A stretch of 64,000 nucleotides of DNA from Scyliorhinus canicula. Lineage: Eukaryota. This document shows positions 35,275 to 47,900 of the stretch, one piece after another. The stretch is taken from positions 21,042,000 through 21,105,999 of the forward strand of contig NC_052150.1 in NCBI RefSeq assembly GCF_902713615.1, given 5' to 3'. The position numbers and the translations under genes were made by a program. The notes under the pieces are model-generated. The model saw only the letters and a program-made list of their open reading frames with translations. It was not told the DNA's origin and searched no databases. Every line of letters begins with the position of its first letter. Positions within the stretch are counted from its first letter, which is position 1.

Positions 35275-37161
35275 TATACTTTCCTTGTTGCTCTAATCGT
35301 TTGATTCTTTGTTTAGACTTGTTTTGCACTGCAGAAACGTGAGCTGCCATAATGGGGTCATATTTTGCCATCAACTGCACTGTAGCTAAAAAATTGCCAT
35401 GATTCAGAACCTCATTATCTAGAGTGTAGGCCGATTCATTTCTGTGACCTCGAAAAGGAAGTGCTTGCTTGCCTAACATCTTTATGATGTCTATAATCCT
35501 CATGACAATACTTCTCTGCTTCAATACTTCTTCTTTCCTTTTAATTAGTGATGTTGCAAAAAAATTATCTAAGGTGCCATCATTAACCACACTGATATAG
35601 GCTGAGCATTTCTGACATGTGTTGTTGCCGATTCATGTAAAGTCAAGCTCTGGCTAATACGCCTGTAGTCACTAACGCCACGTACAAAGGGTGATGGATT
35701 ACAAGTGTTGGGAAACTCAAAGGCTAAGCAGTATGAACAATATAAGCATCTATTTTCTTTGTTATATGTTAGCTATTTTCTTGGGACTGAGACATTCATA
35801 ATTGTCCTCTCATACAAACGAGCATCAAATGGCAGATCATCAAGTGGCTGAAGTGGATCTTCAGCAAAAAACTGTTTTAGCTTTGCTCGTGGTGGATATT
35901 GGAAGATTCCAGTAATTGATCTTTCATTTTCTTGCGTAGGTTCATTTACAGGATGTGCTTCAGAAACCAAGTCATTTATGCTTGAAGGAATATCTGATTC
36001 CCTGTCACTAGTTGAAGCTATGTGTTCAGATGTTGCAACTGCAGGCAGTACAGATACCGGAACATGGAAGTCAGAAGAAATATTGGGCCTGGGTTGATTA
36101 GTAATGGATGCACTTGTATTTGTCTCTACATTCAAAGTAGCTCTTCTCTGTTCTTGTAACTCGCATGTCATTGCATCATCACCATGAGCATTGTTTCTTG
36201 CTTCTAGATTATTTGTTGCAGAACTGGATATTGATGTGGATTGTGCTTGTGGTATTATAAACTCTGTAATAGGCCTGCATCGCTTGGCTGATTCCTTCCT
36301 TTCTGCTTCTTTTTGTTCTTTGCGTTTTAGTGACCCAGATTTATGCTTTTTCTTTTCCATGCTGGTAGGGGTAATATTCCTGAAATAAAAACTTAATTAA
36401 AAATAGCCCACATTGGGAAAAATGAATATTGATGATTGCAAGAATAACTTGAAGGAACGCCAGATAAACCCATACTTGATAAAAAAAATATAAAATAACT
36501 TACTTACACTTCAATAGGCTATGTTCATTAGTCAATACTACTGTGGCCTATGCAGCTTCAGAAGAGGAGACAATCCACTGTCCAGTGTTCACACCAGCAA
36601 GCAACTGAGACAACTGTTGAAACTTAGAAGTTTGGTCCGACTATAGTAAGACATTAAGAATGGTCCCACGACCAAAGCTAACATGTCCAGTTTGATACCA
36701 GTATAGTGTTACAAGTCGCAACCCTTTGAGTTTACCGATCATGGCTTATCACTTCAATATCTTTGACCTCATGATTCACGGTCAAAGGTACCGCTTATCC
36801 TTTTCGGTGACCTCACGACCCTATGTACTGCTTGATATCCTTTCAAGTTGTCGACCATCTCAAATCACGAACTGTAACTTTATCTTTAAATTCACACACT
36901 CTTGCTGAAAACATGGAATTTCCTTAATTATGCCCGACCCGGGCCCCCCTATTCCACATCCTTCCACTACCTCCCCTGCTTCGTTCCTTTTCATGCACTG
37001 CTTATTTGTGTCCTGTTCTCTTTTTTTCTTATTCCTTTTTATTACTAAAACAGTTGTCTGTGTTTGTTTCTTTATTGCATTTTTATTTGATATAGGGGGC
37101 CCACTTCATCAGGGGCCCACCTGCCATCGGGCAAGCTGACACCCTGGCCAGTCCCCCACTG

Positions 37162-38615
37162 ATGGTAGCAATGAAGAACAAAGTGTTTATTGTCAACTGA
37201 CAAGGGGAACTTATGTACAGGCTTAGCGTCAATACAATAGGTGCCAACACTCTGGTTCCTGGCTTCACTCTGGCCAGGGCCCCACTCCGTGTGACCCACG
37301 CTCATCCCTCATTGGTTGGGGTTCGCACACTCCTGTACGATAGGTCACGAACCAGTCATATAACATAGAAATGGAACATACAGTGCAGAAGGAGCCCATT
37401 CGGCCCATCGAGTCTGCACTGACCCACTTAGACCCTCACTTCCACCCTATCCCCGCAACCCACTAACCCCTCTTAACCTTTTTTGGTCACTAGGGGAATT
37501 TAGCATGGCCAATCCACTCAAACTGCACATCTTTGGACTGTGGGAGGAAACCGGAGCACCCGGAGGAAACCCGTGCAGACACGGGGAGAACGTGCAGACT
37601 CCGCAGAGACAGTGACCTAGCAGGGAATCGAACGTGGGACCCTGGCACTGTGAAGCCACAGTGCTAATCACCTGTGCTACCATGCTGCCCCAGTCATGTG
37701 GACTGCACACACCCCTTAAAGGGACCACACTACCACATCCCTCCCCCTTAAATCCCTCAATTAACATATGTATAAACAGGTTGTACACACATATTATAAC
37801 ACTGAGGAATACAAGGAAGAGAATCTAAACAGCCCATCAGAGCATTAAACGATCAGGAGATTTCCTGGGTCTCATTGACTGTCTTAATCCCCCAACTGGC
37901 TCCTCCAACTCGGATGTAACAACGTCATCACCCCTAGCAGAATGCTCATGATGGTCCACCAACCCCTCAAGTGTATTCCCTTCTGTAGCTTGTTCCTGGA
38001 TTAATGATGGGGCCTCCTCAAGACCTCAGGGTGCCCTTTGATCCAGCTGTACCACAGGAACACTTGTGCTGGCTGCTGGCTCCAACTGTTCCGAGATTGG
38101 GGCTGTGGTGTCCCGGCTTCTCACGTGCTCCAAGTTCTGCCACCCAAGTCCACTATATATGAAACTATTCCCAACTTGGACACAATCTGGCCTGAGGCAA
38201 TGTTTCTGACAAGGATCACTACTTGGAAAGAACTGTCCCCTTTTCATGTAGTATCTTGCTTCCTCAGGGGGGTCTGCCATACCGTCACCCTCCTCATCAA
38301 ACCGGTGTGACATCCACGGTATCATGGGGCCGGTATTGACTTATCTTCAGGAAGGAGACCCAGCAAGGGCTTGTGGTCCGTTATGATTGTGAAACGTCCG
38401 CTGTAAACATACTGGTAAAACTTCATGATGCCATAGATTACGTCAAAGCCTTCCTTCTCAATTTACGCATATTTATGCTCAGCATCAGATAGCGTTCTTG
38501 AGGCAAAAGCAATTGGCATCTCTGAGCTGTCGTCCACTGTATAGGATAGAGCTGCCCCAATCCCATCCTGCAAAGCATTGCAGGTCAGAATGATGGGTTT
38601 TCTTGAGTCAAAACT
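37162..38615 (-). mobile_element. Gypsy LTR-retrotransposon remnant: RNase H, end of pol, PPT and 3' LTR (the LTR continues at 33121-33156)
   Basis: ILTCNA..DGIGAALS...PIAFASRTLSDAEHKYA*IEKEG..VIYGIMKFYQYVY..RFTIITDHKPLLGL at about 38340-38610. Polypurine tract AAGGGGGAGGGA followed by TG at about 37738. A V-SINE is inserted at 37362-37691. Confidence 0.88.
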
Positions 38616-38745
38616 AGGTAGGTGGGATTATGGGGATAGGGTGGGGGAATGGGCCTGTGTGGGGTGCACTTTTGGAGGGTCAGTGCAGACTCGATGGGCT
38701 GACTGACCTCCTTCTACACTGCAGGGATTGTATGGATATGGATTC

Positions 38746-38974
38746 TTTTTTTTAAATGAATTTAGAGTACCCAATTAATCTTTTCCAATTAAGGGGCAAT
38801 TTAGCGTGGCCAATGCACCTACCCTGCACATCTTTGGGTTCTGGGGGTGAAACCCATGCAAACATGAGCAGAATGTGCAAACTCCACAAGGACAGTGACC
38901 CAAAGCCGGGATCGAACCTGGGACCTTGGCGCCACGAGGCAGCAGTGCTAACCACTGCACCACCGTGCTGCCCC
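38746..38974 (-). mobile_element. Short-tail V-SINE
   Basis: Full length, with TSD ATGGATATGGATTCT on both sides. Confidence 0.9.
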
Positions 38975-39518
38975 GATGGATATGGATTCTATGGAAAATG
39001 AACCAATGGACTCGAAAGTTGCAAGACCTGCTTAACCTGTTGGAAAGCTTGCTTCACTGACTCCCTCCAATGCATCACTGTTTTCTCTTCAAGAGCTTTT
39101 TCAATGGCGCCAATGTCGTTGCGTGATTTGGAATAAAATTACCATAATAGTTTACTTTTGGGAATCTTCATCAGTGGATATCCCTCTGTAGATTCTTTGT
39201 GTCATCCTCACCTCATCCTTGCATTTCCATCTATTCTAGTGACATCTGCAGTCTTGGCAATAGTACATTCACTTTCCTCATCCAAGTCATTCATATATAT
39301 TGCAAATAATTGTGGCTCCGGCATTAATCCCTGCGGCATTCCACTAGTTACAGTTTGACATCCTGAAAATGTCCCTCTTATCCCAATTCTCAGTCATCTA
39401 ACAGTTAGCCAATTCTGTATCTATGTTCATATAATACCCCTTACACCATGGGCCCTTATCTTATTTGGTAGCCCTTTGTGCGGTACTTCATGAACGCCTT
39501 TTGGAATCCAAGTATATT

Positions 39519-40463
39519 GGGCTGGTTTCTCCGCACCCCGATGCTGAAATCGCGGCCGGCAACCGGGGCGGAGAATCCATTTCCGCACATGGAATCGGGA
39601 TCGGCTCCGCTTCCCCGATTCTCCGGTCCGCGCCACATATCCCCGACCTGCGGCCATTGCTGGAGGCCCGCCCTGCCCCCGACCGGCCGAATTCCCGACG
39701 GCATGGATCTAACATGGTCCTGCCGGTCAGGATGCTAGCTTGGTGGCTGCAGACTCAGTCCATGGCCGCCATGGTTGGAAGCGGGCCGATTAGAGGGCGG
39801 GGGGGGCTTATACAACACCGGGCTAATTTTCATCAGGTGGTCCGTGTCGGGCACGCGGCCGATCGGGGGCACTATTTGGAAGGTCCAGCTCCGCGGCCTG
39901 AGTCCGCCATGGAGCACCCATGCGCAAGCACGGCCTCTGACCCAGAAGTGCGTGGGCCCGTATCTGCAGCAAAAGCTGCGAGCTTCCCGACGGTTCACTG
40001 CTAACCCCCTGCTGGGTATGAATATGTGGCCCTTTCATATGGGGCAGCACGGTAGCATGGTGGTTAGCATAAATCCTTCACAGCTCCAGGGTCCCAGGTT
40101 CGGTTCCCAGCTGGGTCACTGTCTGTGCGGAGTCTACACGTCCTCCCCGTGTGTGCGTGGGTTTCCTCCGGGTGCTCCGGTTTCCTCCCACAGTCCAAAG
40201 ATGTGCGGGTTAGGTGGATTGGCCATGCTAAATTGCCCGTAGTGTCCTAAAAAAGTAAGGTGGGGGGGGGGGGGGGGGGGGTTGTTGGGTTACGGGTATA
40301 GGGTGGATACGTGGGTTTGAGTAGGGTGATCATTGCTTGGCACAACATCGAGGGCCGAAGAGCCTGTTCTGTGCTGTACTGTTCTGTGTTCTATGTTCAT
40401 GCCAGTTTTTCTGTCGTGAAAGGCCACAATTTTTCCAACGGGGTGAATTGGAGAATCCAGGCC
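39519..40463. mobile_element. GC-rich Harbinger-type MITE with a V-SINE (40041-40398) inserted
   Basis: GGGCTGGTTTCTCC / GGAGAATCCAGGCC TIRs and ATT/GTT flanks. Confidence 0.82.
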
Positions 40464-42169
40464 GTTATATCTACTGCTTCCCCTTTATCTATCCTGCTCA
40501 AAGAAATCTAATAAATTTGCCATGCATGATTTCCCCTAAATGAAGCCATGCTGGCTTTGCTTGATTATATTATGTATTTCTAAATGTTCTCTATTACATA
40601 CTTTATAATAGACGCTAACATTTTCCCAATCACTTATGTTCAGCTGACTGACCTTTGGTTATCTGTTTTTGTCTCCTGTACTGTTTGAATAAAGGTGCTA
40701 TATTGGTGGTTTTCCAGAATTTAACGATTCTTGGAAGATTACTACCAGTGTATCCACTATTCCTGTAGCTACTTCCTTTAATATCTTGGGATACAACCCA
40801 TCAGGTCTAGAGGGGACCTAACAGTATTTAGCCCCATTAGTTTCCCTAGTACTTTTTCTCTAGTGATGGTTATTATATTTATTTCCTTCCCAACTTTTAC
40901 CTCTTGTTTATTTAGTACTTTTGGAATGTTACTAGTTTCTTCCACTGTGAAGACTGACACAAAGTATTTGTTTGACTCCTTTGCCATTTCCTGGTTCCCC
41001 ATTATTATTTCCTCAGTCTCATTCTCTAAGGTGCCAATGTTCACTTTGGCATCTCATCCTTTTTATATATTTAAAGAAGCTCTTGCTGTCTGTTTTATTT
41101 AATTGCTCGTTTGCCTTTGCCCTCTTAAATAATCTTCTCCCTCTTTATTTTTTTTTTTGGTTATCTTTTCTTGGTTGAAAACTTTCCAAATCCTCTGCTT
41201 ATCTTTGTCACATTGGCTGTTTTTTCTTTTAGTTTAATACTATCCTTAACTTCCTTGTTTAATCAGGCTTGTTTAATCCCCACCCTAGAAGCCTTCTTCC
41301 TTACTGGGATATATCCTTGTTGTGAGTCAAGAACTATTTTCATAAACATCTGCCATTTTTGATCAGCCACCTTTTCTACTAAACTCCTTTACGGCCCACT
41401 CTGCTCCTTTATAATTACTCTTATTTAAGTTTGGCACAGTTGTTTCTCACTCTCAAACTGAATGCTGAATTCTACCATGTTATGGTCACTGTTTCGTAGG
41501 GGATCTTTTACTCTGGGGTTGTTTATTGAACGTGCTTCATTACACATTACTAGATCCAAAATAGCACGATTCCTGGTTGGATCCACAACATATTGTTCCA
41601 GGAAACTGTCCTGAATGCACTCTTTGAATTCTTCCTCATGGGGCTATTCCCACCAATTTGATTTTCTCAATCCACATAAAGATTAACATCCCCCATGAGT
41701 ATCATGCTGCCTTATTATCTTTTGATTTATTCTCCATCTTACAGTATAGTTACTATTAGGGGGCCGATAGACTACTCCCATCAGTATCTTCTTCTCCTTG
41801 TTATCTTCACTCACATTGATTCTACATCTCCCGATCCAAGATCATTTCTTACTATTGTGCTTATTCCATCTTGTACTAACAAAGCTACCCCACCACCCTT
41901 TCATTCCTGCCTCTCCTTACGAAAAGTCACATACCCCTGAATATTTAGTTCCCAGTTTTGATTTCCTTGTCACCATGTCTCTGTAACGGCAATAAGATAA
42001 TCATTAACCTTAATTTGTGTTTTAATTAATTTATTTTGGTCATTTAAATAAAGAGCCATTAATTTTGCCTTACCATTATTCCCTTTTTTAAGCCTATTTG
42101 CTGCTGTTCTTTATTTTTGTACACCCTGTTCCTTCCTGTCACACTCGGCATAATTAAAAAAAAATAACC

Positions 42170-42320
42170 TTTTAATGTCACAAGTACGAAGTTATTATGA
42201 AAAGCCCCAAGTTGTCACATTCCAGCGCAAGTTCGGGTAAGCTGCTACGGGAATTGAACCCGCGCTGCTGGCCTTGTTCTGCATCACAAACCAGCTGTCT
42301 AGCCCATTGAGATCAACCAA
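42170..42320 (-). mobile_element. Short SINE lacking the V-domain, third tail type
   Basis: Similar to 54050-54224 (GGCCAGCAGCGCGGGTTCAATTCCCGTA...GGAATGTGACAAC..GGGGCTTTTCA). Confidence 0.75.
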
Positions 42321-44699
42321 CCTAAATAGCCGCCTTGTAATGCTATTCCTTTTGCTTTGTAAGCCCACATATTCCCTCTCCGGAACCACCCCCTTCTCTA
42401 TTTAATTTAAAGCCCACCTTACTTCCACAGTTATGTGGTTTGCAAGAACACTGACTGGTCCTAGCACAGTTCTGATGTAGGCTGTCCCAACAGCACAGCC
42501 TCCACTTTCTCCAGTACCGATGTCAGTACCCCACGAATCGAGACCCACTATTCCCACACCAGTCTTTGAGCCACATAATCACCTCTATAATTTATGTATC
42601 CCGTGCCAATTTGCACGTGGTTCAAGTAATAATCTAGAGATGATATCCTTGAAGGTTCTGTTTTTTTAATTTAGTGCATAGCTCCTCAAACACTGAGGCT
42701 GGATCCTTTTCCTCATTCTACCTACCTCGTTGGTACCGACACAGTCTACGACAAAGGGATCCTCCCCTCCCACTGCACATTCCTCTCCAGCCTGGAGCCA
42801 ATGTCCCAAACCCTAGCTCTGGGCAGGCAACACAGCCATCCAGACTCTCGCTCCTTGCTGCAGACAACAGTGTCAATCCCCCTCACTATCCTCTCCCCTA
42901 CGACAACTATCTTCTTACGTGCTCCCCGCAACTTGAATGGATTCCTGTGCCACCGTGGCATTGTGTGCCAGCTCGCCCACCCTGCTGCCCCCACTCATCC
43001 AAACAAGCTGAAAGACCATCAAACCTGTTGGACATTTGCAGAGGCTGACACTCCTGCCCCCTTGCCCTCTGGGTCCCCTTAACCTAACATGCCACCTGAG
43101 ATCTACAGCCAGCGATGTAAGCTTTTGTATTCTCTAACTCCATTCACAAAGCCATCAATTCCATATGTGTTTTCTTTATAATTCCATCTGGATTTTATTT
43201 GCCACCTTCAAAGATTTGAGTGTGCACATGCTCAGTTTTCTTTGTTCCTGCGCCCCCCTTAAAATGGTGCCGTTTTGTTTATTCTGGAATTCCTCGTTCT
43301 TTTTACTAATGAGCATTGATTCACACTTTTCTGTGTTCCATTACATCTGCCACATGCCTTGCCCTTTACACCAGTAAATGCCACCCTGATGTTTGTGACC
43401 ATTCTCCTCACTAATTATTACATTATCCAAGTTTTGTGCCACCTAAAAACTTCAAAATTATCCTCTGTATGTTCAAGTCCGGGTCATTAATACATGTCAA
43501 GAAGCTCCTGTTTGTTCATGTCCTACTTATTTTTCAGTTCTGATATAAATTTAAAATTGCCGCCGGTGTGACAATTTTGAATTAAATAAAATATAGATCA
43601 GCTCCAAGTTGTTCCAAGTCTTTCCCGACTTGCTGGTTTTCACCTCAAGCCAAATCAGTCTTTTGCCTTCTTGAAAAGGTTGATGATCTTTGTTGAAAGT
43701 GTCAGCCACAGAGGAGATAGCACATTTTTTCTTTCCAAAACAACCAAAAAAAAAAAATTTGAGATCAAAGATTACTTTGTTTTTGAAGCTTTGTACAAAA
43801 AAATTCAGAGTTGCCTGAACTGCTTCTGGTTTTCATCTGCAGTGCGAGAATTTTGAGTCTGGCATGTGGACGAACGCCTGACCCAGAGATGCGTGAAATC
43901 GGGTGAAATCAATGTCGGCAAACGCATTCATGTAATATTTTGGTTGGCGAGTATGCCCAAGTGTCGGATGTGCCCACCTTCAATCCAGAAGCCAATTGAA
44001 ATTATTTAAACGCCAATTGACCAGAGGTTTACGTTGACTGCCTGCCTTTGCGGTTGGCGAGCTGGCCCATTGGCAAGGTGGTCTTCGCGTTTAAGCTGTA
44101 ACCTCGATCCAGGGTGGGATGAAAGTTGACTCAAATTAAATTAACAAATGTGTCTGGGCACTGAGCTATGTGTTTGATTTGGCTGCCCAGACACCCGTGG
44201 CACAGTTTTCACATTGATATTTATTTTTCACGGATCAGCAGCTCCCTGAGGCAGCTCCGCAGTGGCTGTCCCCTTGAAGGAACACATTGAAAGTGCCAAC
44301 CTCCCTGTTCTCTGCACCTGCTCACTTTGCACTCTCCCTGGCAGAGCTCAGCCTTTCCCCTTTAATTGGCCAGCCAAAATTTGGGGGGGGGGGGGGGGGT
44401 CAACCTTCCTTTCTATTCCCTCCATTCAGCAGATCTTTGCACTTTCCCACTGGCATCCTAAATATTGCAATCACCACTGCCAGTGTCAATCCTGCGGATG
44501 TCCCTTCATTGCTGCTTTAAGTGTGCCACCCTCCCTGGTTGGTCAGCGAACATGGAGGCGGATGACAATTACGTAGCTCTGGGCAAGTGCCATGCCAAGT
44601 CACTCAAATTGGGGTTCCCAAACTGAAGATGATCTCGTCGTTCCGATAGGAACTAAATCGACAATATCCTAACCCACTCCTTGCACTTCTGTTCCGCAA

Positions 44700-44970
44700 G
44701 ATTCCATGCTTTAAGAAGGTGATGAGAGGAATTTATTTCTCTCTGCGTGTCGTTAGTCTGTGAAATTCTCTTCCCCAGGGAGCAGGGAGGCAGGTTCATT
44801 GAATTTCTTCCAGGTAGAGTTTGGCAGATCTTTGTTCGGCAAGGGGAGCTGACAGGAAGCTGGATGGAGCTGAGTCTACAATCGGATCAGCCATGAACTT
44901 GCTGAATGGAAGAGCAGGCTCGAGAATGGAAAGGATCCTCCTGCTCCTAATTCCATCATTCCTCTGCTCC
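44700..44970 (+). mobile_element. CR1 LINE 3' end
   Basis: GATGAGAGGAATTTATTTCTCTC...GATCAGCCATGAACTTGCTGAATGG..GAGCAGGCTCGAG...CTCCTGCTCCTAATT. Confidence 0.8.
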
Positions 44971-47900
44971 TGCGCGCGGACTGAGGTCTTGGGGTCACAA
45001 TCTAGATATTTTATCAGGGGAGATAGGTTGGATCTCAGCCTCAATCCCAGATATCAGCCAATCACTGATTCATTCTAATATCAAATAGAACCAAACTGCT
45101 TGAAGATGAGCTATTTTGCCTGGAACTTCAGCGAGCAGATTACACCTGCTTGAGGATTTGCCCGTGGTTAGTTTTAAAGCTTGGATTTGAAATTGAAGGT
45201 TACAAAGGAGTGTTGACGATATTAGAGGAACCGGCTCATATGATAGTCCTCTGTTCACTATAGCAAAAGAACCATTAACCTATTCAAAGCAAATGGGTTA
45301 AGTAGCAAACACTGAACAGTAGTCCGAGCAGTGTGTTCTGCATTTCTCACTGCACAATCCTTTTCCGTTTTGATTTTGTGGAGCTCTCTGATCATGAATT
45401 CTCCTTGACATGAGTGTGGTACAACATGAAACAGGGCAGTAATGACCATGCACCTCCTACCCTAGACTCACTCAGACCTTGTCTGCTTCCATGTTGACCA
45501 GAGTCTTCCGCTGAGGTGTTGAGTACGGGCCTTGTGTGATGCGGTGACAACGGTTGTCTGTTGAGACTCCTGTGGCATGCCTTGGGATGTTTTAGTATGT
45601 TAAAGGTGCTATGTAAATGTAGTTGGTACAATTTCGAGGGAAAATGGTTACACCAGCTGGTGAAACACAAATGGCCTCAAAAGGATAAGCTCAGAAGGAG
45701 CAAGAGTGCTCATCTTTTGACATTTTGGGTAACAGCCAATCAGGGCACTCCTTTGCTCAGTTGCCATCCTGCACCCCCATACCCTGGGTACGAGATGGTT
45801 CAACGTCCAAAGTGCCCCATATTTCAGCAGCCCAGATGTGGGACTTTGCTTTTTAATTCGGAGGTGCAGCTCACATGTGGCATGGCAACGAGGTCCCACA
45901 CATGTGAAGTGAATCATGTCTCTGACCGGGAGGAATGGGCCAACCTCATGGCCACTGCCCATTCACTTGCTGCCTGGAGTTAAATCTGGCCCAAGATCAG
46001 CTGTCCGACTGCGCGACATTGTGTGTTGCAGTAGAGGACTTGAACCAGGAGATGAAATGTAATCGCTTAAAAATGGCACAAGTTGTTTGCTGCAGGAACA
46101 TGAATCCACTTTATGGTATGATGCCCCCTGTCATGTCAAATGACACATAAGTAGGCCGAGGACATATCTGAAAGAGAACTATTGATGTTCATCCATTGCC
46201 TGGAATTGGGGAAATATCAGTCTGGACTCACAATTCTTGAAACTTATGCAGCAGAAGCTGCCCTATCCAAGAAGGCCACTTACCCATTGATCATGAAGCC
46301 ACCCCCCCCCCCCCCCCCACAAGGAAGGTCTTGACCACCACTGCCCCGAGGCTGTACCCTCCTTCCCACCAACCAGACACTGCCACACAGCCCTTACCCT
46401 CCACAATGCACTTGAATCCTGTAGGGTCGACATAAGGTCGTCCAATTCTCAACCAGCAGTAGGCAGCCAGCTACCTCTCTCCACCCAATTTGGGAACTTA
46501 GTTGAGCAGCAGGGTGTAAATGAGGCCTGTCTGTCACAATGGGCTGGGCCTCCTGCTCATCATCCTGGCTGGGCTACTCATTCATCCAGTGAATGTCCCA
46601 CCGAGGAGTTAAAATTTCTCCCTCACATGAAGACAATGACAATGGAGGCTGGTGGACATTTGAGGAATTATTCCACTTCATGAGTTAATTGATGGTGTTG
46701 GGTCTGGGTTGGGAGAGGTAGGTTGGGCACGGTTATATAGGTCAGCCCCCAGTTTTGGATACCCCTCCCACACAGTTTTAACCCCCTATGCATAAATGGT
46801 GATGTCCGAAAAGGCAGGAATTTGAGCCGTGCACCTCATAATAAAGAAGTTGTCGTAGCAGCTGGAGGCTGAAGAGGTAAGTGCTCTGAATTTGGATTGT
46901 TACTCGCCCACCAGTCCACAGGTAAGTGGTCAGGTTGAATTGCAGGAGTTGGGTGCTGGAGCAACGGTGGTGGTGGAAATTGTGTGGGCCTCAGAGGGCA
47001 TGACTGGAAGGTAGGGTAAGTTCGGGAAGAGAAGGGCCTCAGAGGTGACATTGGAGAACCAGGCGGGTTGAATCTGGGGTCAGGGTCAGAGCCATTGAGG
47101 GAACCAGACAGCCTCGGATCGGGGGTCACAATGGTTAGGAAATGGGAGCGCTGGTTGGGGCTTTGGAAGATGGCTGTGGGGAGGGTGGGTTCTCAGGTCT
47201 GGAGCTTGGGACGGGGGTTGTGGTGGGGAGAATGGTCCTTGACATGGACATTGATCACTGAAGCCAAAGCCTTGAAGTCAGAAGTTGGGAAACCCAGGAT
47301 CTGGAGCATCCACAATGTTAAGGTTTACATTCCAAGTGCAATTGGTGTAAATCAAAGTTACAAGAGGTACCAGAAGAGACATTGAGCCATATTTGGACAT
47401 GCTTCAGGCATGGATAAAAGAATGGTAACCAGAAGATTTTAGGTCAGAAGCAGGCAGATGCTTCACCTTTTTCCATTTTGACACCTTAGTGCCTACAAAT
47501 TGGAAGTTAAGTAGTCTCGGTGCCATTAGGGAGAGAATTCGAAGGAATCAAACAACAATCCAAAACCTGGCTTAAGAAAATCTCTTGTGCATTTAAACAA
47601 ATTGTTGGACAAACATCATGTATAATTTCAGATAAACAAACTGATTGCCAACACGCAAGGGGTTCACTATCAAATAGCAGATGTTTGCCATGGCAGCTAA
47701 TGAAAAGATTTAGACAAGTTTGCACATTCATTTCTTTATGCAACGGGTTTATTTGTACTTTTTTTTTGCAATCAATGAAGGTTTTTTTTTTCAATTCATC
47801 TAAAAGACAAGTGATCCTTAAACAAAAAGAGGTATCGGTTAATTTATCATTCATCTGAGAAATTATTTTTGTTGCGTGTGTATAATCTTAGAATTGTTTA

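Larger units (their letters stand above)
33519..36360 (-). pseudogene. hAT transposase pseudogene
   Basis: N-terminus MEKKKHKSGSLKRK. PRK*LTY...YCSYCLAF zinc finger with a Trp-to-stop change at 35773. DUF4371-like segment IIKMLGKQALPFRGH...NHGNFL. Dimerisation domain TLSVTQVQCERTFSELKIIKTRLRNSLSEENLESYMLLSIEKE. The catalytic core is largely deleted. Confidence 0.92.
33157..37161 (-). mobile_element. hAT DNA transposon (TTF-zinc-finger/ZMYM1-like transposase type) with both ends, defective
   Basis: TIRs CAGTGGCGGACTGG (33157-33170) and CCAGTCCCCCACTG (37148-37161) match 13/14. 8-bp TSD ACGGTAGC/ATGGTAGC. Confidence 0.95.
39150..43100 (-). mobile_element. Long decayed CR1 LINE (ORF1 esterase, endonuclease and RT parts) with nested MITE and SINEs
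   Basis: ORF1 SGNH-esterase motif IVVVGERIVRGID...CCLPRARVWDI at 42746-42994, NKYFVSVFTVEET linker at 40778-41044, and GFQKAFMK RT motif at about 39500. Confidence 0.85.

Noticed and set aside
33519-36360. Host ZMYM1/ZNF862-like gene
   Set aside because: Enclosed by TIRs and an 8-bp TSD, with a stop, frameshift, insertions and deletions. It is a dead hAT transposase.
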